Assembly: GCF_001194135.2 (NCBI RefSeq)
Contig: NC_068987.1
Location: forward strand, 81,718,005-81,782,004
Length of the DNA stretch: 64,000 bases
Reading direction: 5' to 3'
Source of the DNA: Octopus bimaculoides
Lineage: Eukaryota
Shown: piece by piece, positions 1-11,439 of the stretch
How the letters are laid out: every line of letters begins with the position of its first letter
Position numbering within the stretch: position 1 is the stretch's first letter
Made by a program: the position numbers and the translations under genes
The notes under the pieces: model-generated
Databases searched by the model: none
The model's input: the letters and a program-made list of their open reading frames with translations, nothing else
Told to the model about the DNA's origin: nothing

Positions 1-326
1 ATACCTGAAACTTCTCCTCTAATTGTGATAGTGACTCAGCAATTAGTGCAAGGTCATCAGCATAGAGGAGCTCCCAGGGGCAACCTGTCTTGAATTCCTC
101 TGTTATAGCCTGGAGAACTATGATAAATAGGAGGGGGCTGAGGACAGAACCTTGGTGGACCCCTACCTCCACCCGGAATTCTTCATTGTACTCTCTGCCA
201 ATCCTCACCTTACTGACAGAGTTTCTGTACATGGCTCGCACAGCTCTCACTAACTATTCTTCTATCCCTAGTTTCCTCATTGACCACCAGATGAGAGATC
301 GGGGGACCCTGTCAAAGGCTTTCTCC
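1..326 (-). mobile_element. RTE-clade LINE reverse transcriptase fragment (disabled)
   Basis: Minus strand translates EKAFDRVPRSLIWWSMRKLGIEE*LVRAVRAMY...GVHQGSVLSPLLFIIV...WELLYADDLALIAES, which contains the RT motifs QGSVLSP and YADD. One in-frame stop at 254-256; runs off the window edge. Confidence 0.9.
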
Positions 327-374
327 ATATCATATATATATATATATATGTACACACATATATATATATATATT

Positions 375-1367
375 CAGGGAATGGACAAAATAATGGAAAC
401 ACCTAGCATCATAACCATCATAATTTTGAAATATCTATAAAACAGTCAAAAAGCTTGTTTATTTTTATGTTTTTTGATTTATTATTGGCATTGCTTAATA
501 TGTTTTGCTAAAATTGCTGTTTCTTTTCAGATATCATTAGTAAAAGGTAATTAAAATTCATTAAAATGACCAATCTATCGGACTTTCAGAGAGGTCAAAT
601 AGTTGGTGCTTGTATGGTAGGCGCTAGCATAATGAAAACAGCTGAAATGTTTGGTGTATCAAGAAGTACTGTCTTGAAAGTAATGACAGCCTTTGAGAAA
701 GGGGGAAAAACTTCCTTGTCGAAACAAACCTCTGCAAGAAAACCAAAACTTTCAGATAGGGACCGTCAGACTTGTATGTGAATTGTTAGAAAGGATCACA
801 AATGTACAGCTCCCAAAATTACTGCAGAGCTTAACGACCACCCTGAGAACCCAGTTTCTACAAAAACTGTACGCCGGGAGCTGCACAAAGCCAGATTTCA
901 TGGAAGGGCTGCAATCAGAAAACTACTACTTTCAAAAACAAACATTGCAAAACATTTAGAGTGGAGTAAAAACCTACAGAATTGGTCCCTAGAGCAGTGG
1001 AAAAATGTTATTTTCTTGGAGGAGTCATCCTTTACCTTATTTCCGACCACTGGCTGAATATGTGTGGAGACGGCCAAAAGAAGCATTTGACCCAGACTGC
1101 CTTCTTCCAGCTGTTAAAAATGGAAGAGGATCTGTGATGATCTGGTGGGGCTATATCTTAGAAATCCGCCGGCCCAATGGTTTCTATTCATGGCAGAATT
1201 AATAGTCAATACTATCTAAGTATTTTATCAGATCAAATTCATCCTATGATTGTGGAACTGTTTCCAGAGGAAAATGCAATCTTTCAGGATCATAATTCAC
1301 CAATTCACACAGCTAAAGTTGATACTGAATGGCACGAGGAACATTCTAATGAAGTTGAACCTCTTAT
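375..1367 (+). mobile_element. Tc1-like DNA transposon, 5' part with disabled transposase (ATG at 566), 3'-truncated
   Basis: Starts CAGGGAATGGACAAAATAATGGAAACACC after a TA run. Translation MTNLSDFQRGQIVGA...RKPKLSDRDRQT...STKTVRRELHKARFHGRAAIRK...WKNVIFLEES...YVWRRPKEAFDPDCLLPAVKNGRGSVMIW...FQDHNSPIHTAK shows the HTH and first two catalytic motifs, with stops and frameshifts. It ends before the SPDLNPIE motif. Confidence 0.9.
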
Positions 1368-1444
1368 CATTTGTGGACCGGTGTAATGTATGCAGCCATC
1401 TCTGTTTTAAAGCAATTCTAATTCTTGTTTAGTTTTTTAGGTAA

Positions 1445-1845
1445 ATCAAATCAAGATCGAAATCAAAATGGAAATTGTAGTTGTGGCCGATGCGAGTGCC
1501 GCCTGACTGGTACCTGTGCTGGTGGCAGGTAGGAAGCACCATTCAAGCATGGATTGATGCCAGTGCCACCTGACTGGTTCCTCATGCCGGTGGCACATAA
1601 AAAGCACCATCCAAATGTTGTTGATGTCAATGCTACCTAACTGGCTCCCATGCTGGTGGAATGTAAAAAACACCCACTACACTCTTGGAGTGGTTGACAT
1701 TAGGAAGGGCATCCAGCTGTAGAAACCTTGCCAGATCAGATTGGAGCCTGGTGCAGCCTACTGGCTTGCCAGTCCCCAGTCAAACCTTCCAACCCATGCC
1801 AGCATGGAAAATGGACGTTAAACGATGATGATGATGATGATGATG
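1445..1845 (+). mobile_element. RTE LINE 3' UTR/tail (5'-truncated)
   Basis: GTGGCACATAAAAAGCACC-type internal repeats, then GGAAGGGCATCCAGCTGTAGAAACC...CCATGCCAGCATGGAAAATGGACGTTAAACGATGATGAT. The same tail recurs many times in the window and follows RTE coding sequence at 63290-63815. Confidence 0.75.
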
Positions 1846-2079
1846 TAATAAAGTTTTTAAAATCTGATGGTGGCCATCAAATTTATAGCAGCTTATTTCA
1901 GTGTGCCAAAGATCAGAACAGGCTGGATATTCATGGTATGGCTTTGTTGTTTAGAAGTTTGTTCTGCAATCCTGTTGCTTCAGGCTCAGTTCCTCAGCAA
2001 GGCACATTGGGTAAGTATTTTCTACTATCCTCCTAGACCAAGCAATGCTTGGTAAGGGAATTTTGTAGATGGACACTGC

Positions 2080-2227
2080 ATGTGTGTGTCTATTTGTTTG
2101 TGTGTGTGTATGTGTGTGTGTTTATGTGTGTGCGTGCATATGTTTATGTGTGAGTTTGTGTGCGTGTATGCATGTATGTGTTTATGTGTATGTGTGTGCA
2201 TGTGTTTATGTGTGTGTTTGTGTGTGT

Positions 2228-2274
<47 letters not shown>

Positions 2275-2282
2275 CGTGTGCA
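2080..2282. repeat. (TG)n compound microsatellite
   Basis: Directly visible dinucleotide tract. Confidence 0.95.
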
Positions 2283-3119
2283 TGTAACCTCAAGTATCAA
2301 CATGAGGTTTACCACTAATTGAGCAAAGTAATGATGGTAATGACATTCCTTATCATTACTGATAACTCTACAGTCTCAAAGACCTAGAATTTTTTAAAAA
2401 ATTCCCTTATTCGAAATCAGATAAGTATTAGCAATAGGAAAATCCCCTGGTCATAATATTCTACCTCAAATAACTCGTTTTGTAAAAAAAAAAAAAAATA
2501 ATAATATTTGAAACAGAAATATATTACTGTTTCTTATTTTGCAATAAGACTTAAATATATACAATCTTGCTGGAGTCATATTAACCATGCTAACTACTTT
2601 GAAAATATCAGCTCACTCGAATTCTTTATTTTTATAGCATATTTAGCTTTTTTTAGCTTCATTCAGTTGGTGTGAATTTCCTGTAATATCTTTCTGGCAA
2701 AGAGCATCAAAACAGATCCTAAATTATGATAGAAAACACTTGTTTCTCTTCATTTTAATTCCTGTTTTCTGTAAAATTACGATGCTGTCTTCATGTTTTT
2801 ATTAACCACTTTTAGATAAATTTAGATTATTCTGCTTAAGTAAATCTCCCTTCTTTTATATGGCCTTACAAAATAGTTCTTTTGTGAAGCATTTGGATAT
2901 CTAAATGAATACTAAATCTATCTTTCTTTCAATTTCAAACTCAAACATCTTTTTGGTAACACAAGAAGCCTCATTCATTCCCTAACATAATGAGAATTTC
3001 CTATAATCTCTCTCTCTCTTCTTCCCACTCTATCTCTTTATGTATGTACATGTATGTATACATATATGTGTGCATGCGTGTGTATACATACATATATATA
3101 GATACATTCATACTCGTAC

Positions 3120-3330
3120 TTTCATCATTTAGAATCCATTTTTCCATGCTGGCATGGGTTGGACTATTCATCAAGAACCAATGAGGTAGAGTGCAACACT
3201 GATGTTTAATGTCTGCTCTGGCATGGTTTCTACAGCTGGATGCCCTTCCTAATACCAACCACTTTACAGAGTGTACTGGGCAATTTCTTTGCAGCACCAG
3301 CACTGGTGAGGTCACCAAGTACACTCAACT
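3120..3330 (-). mobile_element. RTE LINE 3' tail
   Basis: Reverse complement of the tail at 1445-1845 (CCATGCTGGCATGGGTTGGA...TACAGCTGGATGCCCTTCCTAATACCAACCAC). Confidence 0.7.
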
Positions 3331-3617
3331 GAGTTGGGGTATAGTAATGAAGGGTATGAAAGTATGATAGAAAGACAAGAAGAGGTGAATTGATGGCTTC
3401 CTCAGCTAGAAGGAGAGAAGGAGAATTGGTAAGAGCAAACCCTCAATGTACAAGGTGAATAAAAAAAGAAATGAAAGAGAGAGAATATGAATGGAAGAAG
3501 AGAAAAGGTAGGTTGGTAGGTGAGTTTGTCAGAAAAAAGTGTGACAGATGATTAGAGAAGCAGGTTGAGGTGGATAAAGTGAATATCAGATTGGAGGGGA
3601 GAAGTGTAGGGAATATA

Positions 3618-5141
3618 TAGCCTTGGCCAAAAGTATTAGGCCACCCCAATGTTTTGGGGTTCTGCTATCTCAATGTTAATGAAACTTGTGCACGTGATAG
3701 ATTATGGTATATTTCACAATATACATTAGTTTTAATATCTAGTTGACCCGCTTTTAGCATCAATTACTGCGTTTATATGGTTAGGCATTGAATCAGCTAG
3801 TTTCTTGCAGGTGCTGCATTCTTGTCTTAACATTTGGTACAAATGCTCTTTATTTTCAATTGTTGTGTTCCTGATAGCTTCACCAAGAGTTCCCCACAGA
3901 TGTTCGATCAGATTTATATTGGGACTTTGACCTAGACAGTTCGTGGGAACAATACCCTGTGTCTCAAACTATTGATGAGTATTCTTTGCTGTATGACAGG
4001 GAGCGTTTTCCTGTTGAAAGATAACATTGATTTTCGACACTCCTGGATGCAAATTAGCAATTGATGGCTCTAAAACATCTGATAACATAGAAGCATAGGT
4101 AGCTGAATTTATCCTTCACTGACATAAAAACATTTCTCCAGGTTCTGTGGCATACATGCAGGCCCACACCATGTTAGAACCACTCCCATGTTTTTATGGT
4201 TAGTAGCAGACTTTCAGCCTTAAATGCTTCCCCAACTCTGCCACGCATGAAAGTTGCACCAGATGTACCAAAAACCAGAGTAAGAGCATGAAAAATAATA
4301 TTGGCTTTATGTTGGATACTTTTTTATATATTTTGGAAAAGAAACCAGTTACATTAAGTTTATATGTTGATTGAATACATGTACTATCTTACCTCATAGT
4401 TACTTTCATCAGACCATATGACTTTTGACCATTGCTCACTGGTCCAATTTGAGTGATTTTTGACCTGCTGAAGACGTTTTTCCATACTCACTTCAGAAAC
4501 CCATGGCTTCTTCCTGCCTTTACAGTCTTTCAGACCGTACTCTACAAGCCTTCTTCTAACAGTTCTGGTTGATATTTGTGAAGTATTTGCCTTGTTGAAG
4601 TTCACACAGAGCTCCGATGATGTTTTTCTTCTGTTTCTGAGCGATTGACGGATGATGGATCTGTCATCATGAGGTAATGTAGCCTTTTTTCTACCTGTTC
4701 TTTGTATTGTCTTCACATCTTTTGTCTCTTTGAAGTGCTTGAGAGTCGTTTGCACTGTACATCGAAAACATTTCATCATCTGAGCAATTTGCCTTTGAGA
4801 CATTCCATCTTCATAATGAGATACGATTTGACCTCACTCAACTTCCTTGTTTTAGGCATTTTACTGTTTATTAACTGTATCTACAACGTATTTTAGCATA
4901 AAACTCTGAAATAATCAAGGAAACATAAGTTAATTTTGGACATTGGTCTAACCCATAATTGGTTGCATATCTACAGTACAGTATAAAAGAGGTAATTGAT
5001 GCTAAAGGAGGGTCAACCAAATATTAAAACTAATGTATATTATGAAATATACCATAATCTACCATGTGCACGAGTTTCATTAACATTGAGATAGCAGAAT
5101 CCCAAAATATTGGGGTGGCCTAATACTTTTGACCAAGGCTA
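3618..5141 (-). mobile_element. Full-length Tc1 (DD34E) element, about 1.5 kb, with ~150-bp TIRs and TA target duplication
   Basis: TA|TAGCCTTGGCCAAAAGTATTAGGCCACCCC at the left end and GGGGTGGCCTAATACTTTTGACCAAGGCTA|TA at the right end. Inverted homology extends over about 3618-3767 and 4990-5141. Confidence 0.93.
3732..4858 (-). pseudogene. Tc1 transposase pseudogene interrupted by a 117-bp intron-like sequence (4276-4392)
   Basis: MPKTRK...(frameshift)MSQRQIAQ...WSKVIWSDESNYE | VFGTSGATFMRGRVGEAFKAESLL...MVWACM...FQQENAPCHTAK...QSPNINLIEHLW...AVIDAKSGSTRY*. There are 34 residues between the second D position (here E) and the catalytic E; several stops and frameshifts. Confidence 0.88.
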
Positions 5142-5159
5142 TATATACATACATAGGTA

Positions 5160-5330
5160 CAGGATTAGGTGTGTGGTAAGAAGCTTGTACCTTGGACAAG
5201 TGTCTCCTACTATAGCTTTGTGCCAACCAAAGCTTTTTGTGAGTAGTGCATTTGGTAGATGGACACTGAAAAATACCCAGTTTGTATATGTATATGAATG
5301 TATTATGTATGTATGTGTGTTGCCTGTAGA
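5160..5330 (+). mobile_element. tRNA-derived SINE family A, degenerate 5' head
   Basis: GTGTGGTAAGAAGCTTG...CCTTGGACAAGTGTCTCCTACTATAGC...CAAAGCTTTTTGTGAGT matches the head at 39845-40038. Confidence 0.6.
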
Positions 5331-5419
5331 AATTGCTGTATGCAGTTAAACTCATTCTAATAGCTGAATCTGCAGTAGAATTGGAGAAAAATTTTCAGGT
5401 GTGGAATTTTTTCCTAATC

Positions 5420-6590
5420 CAGGCATCAAAAATCCTCCAATGACCAAAGTTTTAGTAAATAGAAAAACAGACAGGGCTCTGCTTTTATTAGGGAAATGGC
5501 TTTGATCAGTACGTAGAAAAGGAGTAGCTAGAAATTTGAAAAGGTGTATCCAATGCAAACTGAGGTGTTGTGGTATCACAGGAGGATAATATGGAATATA
5601 GACTTTGTGTGTAGCAGATGTACAGGAGCAATAATCACTAAGGGTATATGGGAAACAGATTTTATTAAATGTCCAAGAGGATCGATCTCTAGATGTACAA
5701 TATAGCTTCTGTTATCTGTGACCTAATTAGCAGTGGAGGAGGATGTTCTGAAAGTATAGATTTTTGAATAAGAAAATTCTGGAGGAAGTTTAGAGTTATT
5801 ACCTCTGTTGGTAACAAAAGGTTTTTCTCTCGGGGTGAAAGGCAGATTGTCTAATACTTGTGTATGAACAGCAATGCTACATGTGAGCCCTGAATGCAGA
5901 GAACATGAAACGATTAGAATGAAATGAAATATGCATATTCCATTGAGTGAGCAAAACCAGTGTTCATGAATGACAAAATACATATTTGTTGAAAGAAACA
6001 TTGGACATAAGGGGAATTACTGTATTTGATGGTCTATAAGACTTTTTTTAACCCAAAAATGGTTTTTAAAATCCCCCTGCGTCCAATGCACTCAATGTAG
6101 GCTCAAAACTAGCTCAAAATGGTATGTATGTCTACAAAACGTATGCTGTCATCTGTTGGTGAACAATTGCCTATGGTATGTTTATATCGAATGTGGATGC
6201 AATAAATTGTTTATAATTACCGGTAATAACATAAAGTTATACAAGTAAGTGGAGGAATTAAAACATTATTTTAGTAGTAATTTATTTTACAAAAGTATAG
6301 CCTAGGCTAGGGTGTGTCCTATGCACTCGTGCATCTTATAGGCCATCAAATATGGTAGTTGTGTGCAAAAGAGAAGATTGTGCAGGTCATGTGATGGGTA
6401 TAGATGAGAACAGCGATATAAAGAAGTGCCGATTGCTTAAAGTGGATAGAACTGTGGAAGAAGGAAACACAAGCACATATGAGATGAAGTGGCAAAGGTT
6501 GATCTCAGCTGTTTCAATCTTACATAGAGATGACAAGAGATTGGGACATCTGGTGATATACAGTGCTTGTCAAAACCTGACCATCTCAGC
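5420..6590 (+). mobile_element. RTE LINE C-terminal fragment, interrupted by a MITE at 6020-6355
   Basis: Degenerate translation TKVLVNRK...RKGVARN..RCIQCKL...DFVCSRCTGAI...GGGCSES...RKFRELLPLLVTKGFSLGVKGRL..TCV, resuming after the MITE with VQKRRLC..GHVM. Same family as 63290-63815. Confidence 0.75.
6020..6355. mobile_element. pogo/Tc1-mariner-superfamily MITE (336 bp) with TA TSD
   Basis: TA|CTGTATTTGATGGTCTATAAGAC...GTGCATCTTATAGGCCATCAAATATGG|TA. RTE sequence is continuous across the insertion. Confidence 0.85.
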
Positions 6591-7497
6591 AAAACTGAAA
6601 TTCTAGAAGCAAAATGTCTAAATACACAATTGGTCCCCTTACCTGATTTTAAAAATTTAGTCTTCCTTCCACCCTATCATTCACTGTCACTGATCTTTTC
6701 CTCACTTGCTTAATTTCAATATTCTTCTGTTGTAATAAAATGAGAGCAGAATTACACCTTTCATCATCCTTTTCTGTAATGTCAGTTGTCTTTCTCACTA
6801 CCTGGAACCACAACAATGGACTTCCCTCCTTCATTCTTATATTGATCCTCTTCACTCTCATCTTACATTGATCATTTCCCTCTTCTCTTCTTCTATTCTA
6901 CCATATTATCTCCCCATCTCCACTGAACCACTTCTCGATTTGCCAATATCATCAAACATCTCTAATCCTTTCCCTATACTGTTCATCTTTCTCTTCACTC
7001 AGACTTTTCCAACTGCTCCCCACCCACACTGCAACAACCTACCCACTCATACGTTATCTCTTTCTCTCTATTCTGCTACTCTTCAGCTTCCTGTACTCAT
7101 ATGTAACGTTGATTACCTCTTCACCATTCACTAGATTCTCCCCTAAACCCTTCTGAATTTCTAGTCATTGTCTCCTCTTCCCTACCTTACATCCAACACA
7201 CATTGTCACAACCATCTTTATTTTCCTTTCCAGCTCAACACCAATTACTGCTCACTCTTTTATAAAGTGAGTAACCCTATATTTCTTCTACAGCAAGGAA
7301 CTTGTTCTGCTCCCTTCCCTCACACTCTAAGCTTTCATCACTTAACACAAAGCTACCAATTTACTGAAAGACATAAACAAGTTTACAAATATCCCAAAAC
7401 ACTACACCACCCAATTAAAAGCCAAATTAATGAGATATGCATAAATTGATAGATACACAAGCACTCATACACATAGACATCTCTGTCTGTCTGTCTG

Positions 7498-7545
<48 letters not shown>

Positions 7546-8140
7546 TACATACATACATACATATATATNNNNNNNNNNNNNNNNNNNNNNNNNNNNNNNN
7601 NNNNNNNNNNNNNNNNNNNNNNNNNNNNNNNNNNNNNNNNNNNNNNNNNNNNNNNNNNNNNNNNNNNNNNNNNNNNNNNNNNNNNNNNNNNNNNNNNNNN
7701 NNNNNNNNNNNNNNNNNNNNNNNNNNNNNNNNNNNNNNNNNNNNNNNNNNNNNNNNNNNNNNNNNNNNNNNNNNNNNNNNNNNNNNNNNNNNNNNNNNNN
7801 NNNNNNNNNNNNNNNNNNNNNNNNNNNNNNNNNNNNNNNNNNNNNNNNNNNNNNNNNNNNNNNNNNNNNNNNNNNNNNNNNNNNNNNNNNNNNNNNNNNN
7901 NNNNNNNNNNNNNNNNNNNNNNNNNNNNNNNNNNNNNNTACATACATGTGTGTGTGTGTGTGTGTGTGTGTCACCTTCACGCCTGTTCCCCGCCCCCTCA
8001 GACTTTCAGCAGTTTATACCATGTGTTTGGTCATTTGATGACACCCAAAAATATGCACAGCTAAGCTAAGAATTTCTTTTGTTTTTAATCGCTTTATTCA
8101 TTTAGACCCATCTAACCCACAACATTACTCACCTTGTTTC

Positions 8141-9150
8141 TTGACTACATAACTTTGATAACTTTGATAGGTTTCGGCCAGTGTAGGCCCAGGCCATGTC
8201 TAACTCAATAGCACCACCTGGTGAAGTCTTTTAGTCATAGATGGGGAACCATGGCCCACTCTAGCAAAGAGTTATTATTGTTGGAGACATATCCGGGTGT
8301 ATGAAGTTGGCCCGGGATTTTTTGAAGAAATTTGTCCAGTGAACTTTTGAATTTTAAGGGATCCATTTCTGTTTTGACATCTTTTGGTATGGTATTAAAG
8401 AGAACTGGATCGGTTGAGGTAAAGTAATTGTGGCGTAATGCTGCTATGTATACTGAGTTTGATTTTTGTAGTGTGTGGATAGCACAAGGACCAAGTCTTG
8501 GATGGATTTTAAAACTGATGCCAACATCATTTGTGCAATATTGATGGAATATTTTTCGCATAACACAAATGATGTAGTGCTCCTGGCAGCGTTGGAGAGA
8601 CTAGAGATTGAGTTTTTTTAGTCGACCTCAATAATCAATGCCTCTCATGCTGTCTATCTTTCTTGTTATTGACCTCTGGAGTGCTTCTACTTTCATAATG
8701 AGTTGCTTCGTATGGGGGGAACCACAGTGGGCAACAGTACTCAAGGTGAGGTCGGGCAAAAGTAGAGTAGAGAAGGATGATGGTGTAGGCATCTCTAGAC
8801 TAGAAAGTTCTCAGAATCCAGGAGCACATCTTGTGGGCCAAGTCAACCTTGCTGTTTACGTGGGAACTCCAGCTTAGATTGTTATCAACAATTACTCCAA
8901 GATCTCTGGTGTTGCTGGATGACACTAGGGAGTCAACCAAGGGAAGAGCATATGGTAATTTCAGAGTTTCCTCTTTCCCAAACTGGATCAAATCAAACTT
9001 ATCTTCATTTAAAAGCATATTGTTTTTTTTCTGCCCATTGGACAATAGCAAACAGATCTGACTGAAGGCATGTTCCGTCTCTTATGCCGTTTATGGCTTT
9101 CTGGAGTTTGGAATCATGCACAACGATTTTCAATGTACAATGTTTGCTGA
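8141..9150 (-). mobile_element. CR1-clade LINE 3' end (RT C-terminus plus 3' UTR)
   Basis: NNMLLNEDKFDLIQFG...TRDLGVIVDNNLSWSSHVN...LYSTFARPHLEYCCPLWFPH...RLKKLNL*SLQR...FKSSLDKFLQKIPGQLHTPGYVS. The 3' end carries a short TATCAAAGT repeat tail. Confidence 0.85.
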
Positions 9151-9398
9151 CATCTACATATATATACATATTTCATTCTGTCCTCTTTCTTGTTTGTTCT
9201 GCCCCCTAAAATGACTAACCTTGTTTCTTGGCTATATGTATATACATATTTCGTATTTTTCTCTAAAATAATTTTTTCTTGTTTAATCTACTCCCTGAAA
9301 TGACTTTCTCTCTTGTTCATGGTTGCTTTTGTAAACTGTAAACATCATCACCATCATCATTATCATCATCATCCCTTAACGTCCGTTTTCCATGCCGG

Positions 9399-10017
9399 CA
9401 ACTTCACTAGAATGTTCCTCGTGCCATTCAGTATCAACTTTAGCTGTGTGAATTGGTGCATTATTATCCTGAAAAATTGCATTTCCCTCCGGAAACAGTT
9501 CCGCACTCATGGGATGAATTTGATCAGATAAAATGCTTAAATAGTATTAACTGCTAATTCTGCCATGAAGGGCCAGCAGATTTCCGAGATACAGCACCCA
9601 CCTCCACCAGATCATCACAGATCCTCCTCCATTTTTAACAGCTGGAAGAAGGCAGTCTGGGTCAAATGCTTCTTTTGGCTGTCTCCACACATATATTCAG
9701 CCAGTGGTCGGAAATAAGGTAAAGGATGACTCCTCCAAGAAAATAACATTTTTCCACTGCTCTAGGGACCAATTCTGTAGGTTTTTACTCCACTCTAAAT
9801 GTTTTGCAATGTTTGTTTTTGAAAGTAGTAGTTTTCTGATTGCAGCCCTCCCATGAAATCTGGCTTTGTGCAGCTCCCGGCGTACAGTTTTTGTAGAAAC
9901 TGGGTTCTCAGGGTGGTCGTTAAGCTCTGCAGTAATTTTGGGAGCTGTACGTTTGTGATCCTTTCTAACAATTCACATACAAGTCTGACGGTCCCTATCT
10001 GAAAGTTTTGGTTTTCT
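9399..10017 (-). mobile_element. Second copy of the Tc1 at 375-1367, inverted; 5' part lost in the gap
   Basis: Reverse complement matches about 737-1357. Only 2 substitutions seen over about 320 bp corresponding to 737-1060. Confidence 0.92.
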
Positions 10018-10762
10018 NNNNNNNNNNNNNNNNNNNNNNNNNNNNNNNNNNNNNNNNNNNNNNNNNNNNNNNNNNNNNNNNNNNNNNNNNNNNNNNNNNN
10101 NNNNNNNNNNNNNNNNNNNNNNNNNNNNNNNNNNNNNNNNNNNNNNNNNNNNNNNNNNNNNNNNNNNNNNNNNNNNNNNNNNNNNNNNNNNNNNNNNNNN
10201 NNNNNNNNNNNNNNNNNNNNNNNNNNNNNNNNNNNNNNNNNNNNNNNNNNNNNNNNNNNNNNNNNNNNNNNNNNNNNNNNNNNNNNNNNNNNNNNNNNNN
10301 NNNNNNNNNNNNNNNNNNNNNNNNNNNNNNNNNNNNNNNNNNNNNNNNNNNNNNNNNNNNNNNNNNNNNNNNNNNNNNNNNNNNNNNNNNNNNNNNNNNN
10401 NNNNNNNNNNNNNNNNNNNNNNNNNNNNNNNNNNNNNNNNNNNNNNNNNNNNNNNNNNNNNNNNNNNNNNNNNNNNNNNNNNNNNNNNNNNNNNNNNNNN
10501 NNNNNNNNNNNNNNNNNNNNNNNNNNNNNNNNNNNNNNNNNNNNNNNNNNNNNNNNNNNNNNNNNNNNNNNNNNNNNNNNNNNNNNNNNNNNNNNNNNNN
10601 NNNNNNNNNNNNNNNNNNNNNNNNNNNNNNNNNNNNNNNNNNNNNNNNNNNNNNNNNNNNNNNNNNNNNNNNNNNNNNNNNNNNNNNNNNNNNNNNNNNN
10701 NNNNNNNTATATATTTAAATTCAATAATAGGACGAATTCTTTTACAAGAATTTATCAAGTAG

Positions 10763-10807
<45 letters not shown>

Positions 10808-10869
10808 CATACACACACATACACATATTTTTTTATATATACATACACACATAGCACCTTAAAAATATA

Positions 10870-11345
10870 TAAATAAAACAGATCCCCTCTAGCCCTTTAT
10901 ATCCCAAATAAATACCCTAACATGTACACTCATCAAGCAAATAGATAACAGCTTCAAGAAATACGCTCCAGAGAAAAGTCAGCTCATTTGAAGAATTTCA
11001 GTTATTTTACAGGAAACAAATGAAATAAACACCATTTCTACCCTAAATTTTGAAAGTATTTTCACTAACATTTCAATGACAGAAACAACCAAAATTATAT
11101 TACATAATGTATACAAACTGGCTAAAATAAAGCCATCAATGATGCTTGCAAAATTGTTTAGAAAACTACTGATAACCTGCACACTTGAGGTACCATTTTG
11201 CTACCAACAAGGTGAACTATATAAGCAAAGGATGGATTAGCAATGGTCTCTCCTCTTGGACCACATTTTCAGCTACTTTAGAAAACATGATAACGACTAA
11301 ACAGAAGCATATACTATACATAGATGATTCCCTATACCATGGTAC
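10870..11345 (+). mobile_element. Penelope-like element reverse transcriptase fragment (highly degenerate)
   Basis: Frameshifted motifs KTDP.L.P.ISQI..TISTLNFESIFTNI..ETTKIILHNVY...PFCYQQGELYKQ-DGLAMVSPLGP (11231-11263) and YIDD (11317-11328). Confidence 0.7.
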
Positions 11346-11439
11346 AGAAATTCAGGGATACTAAAGTAACAGTTGCTGGCTGGTAGAAAGTGAAATGCTG
11401 CCATTGACTGGCTGAGGAGTGGTTGAGGTAGGAGGTGCT

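Noticed and set aside
5810-5890. Apparent minus-strand exon with good AG/GT (LTCSIAVHTQVLDNLPFTPREKPFVTNR)
   Set aside because: It is the antisense strand of the RTE LINE coding sequence.
6620-7420. Pyrimidine-rich block possibly encoding a LINE endonuclease on the minus strand
   Set aside because: It is too degenerate and no diagnostic motif could be read with confidence, so it is left unannotated.
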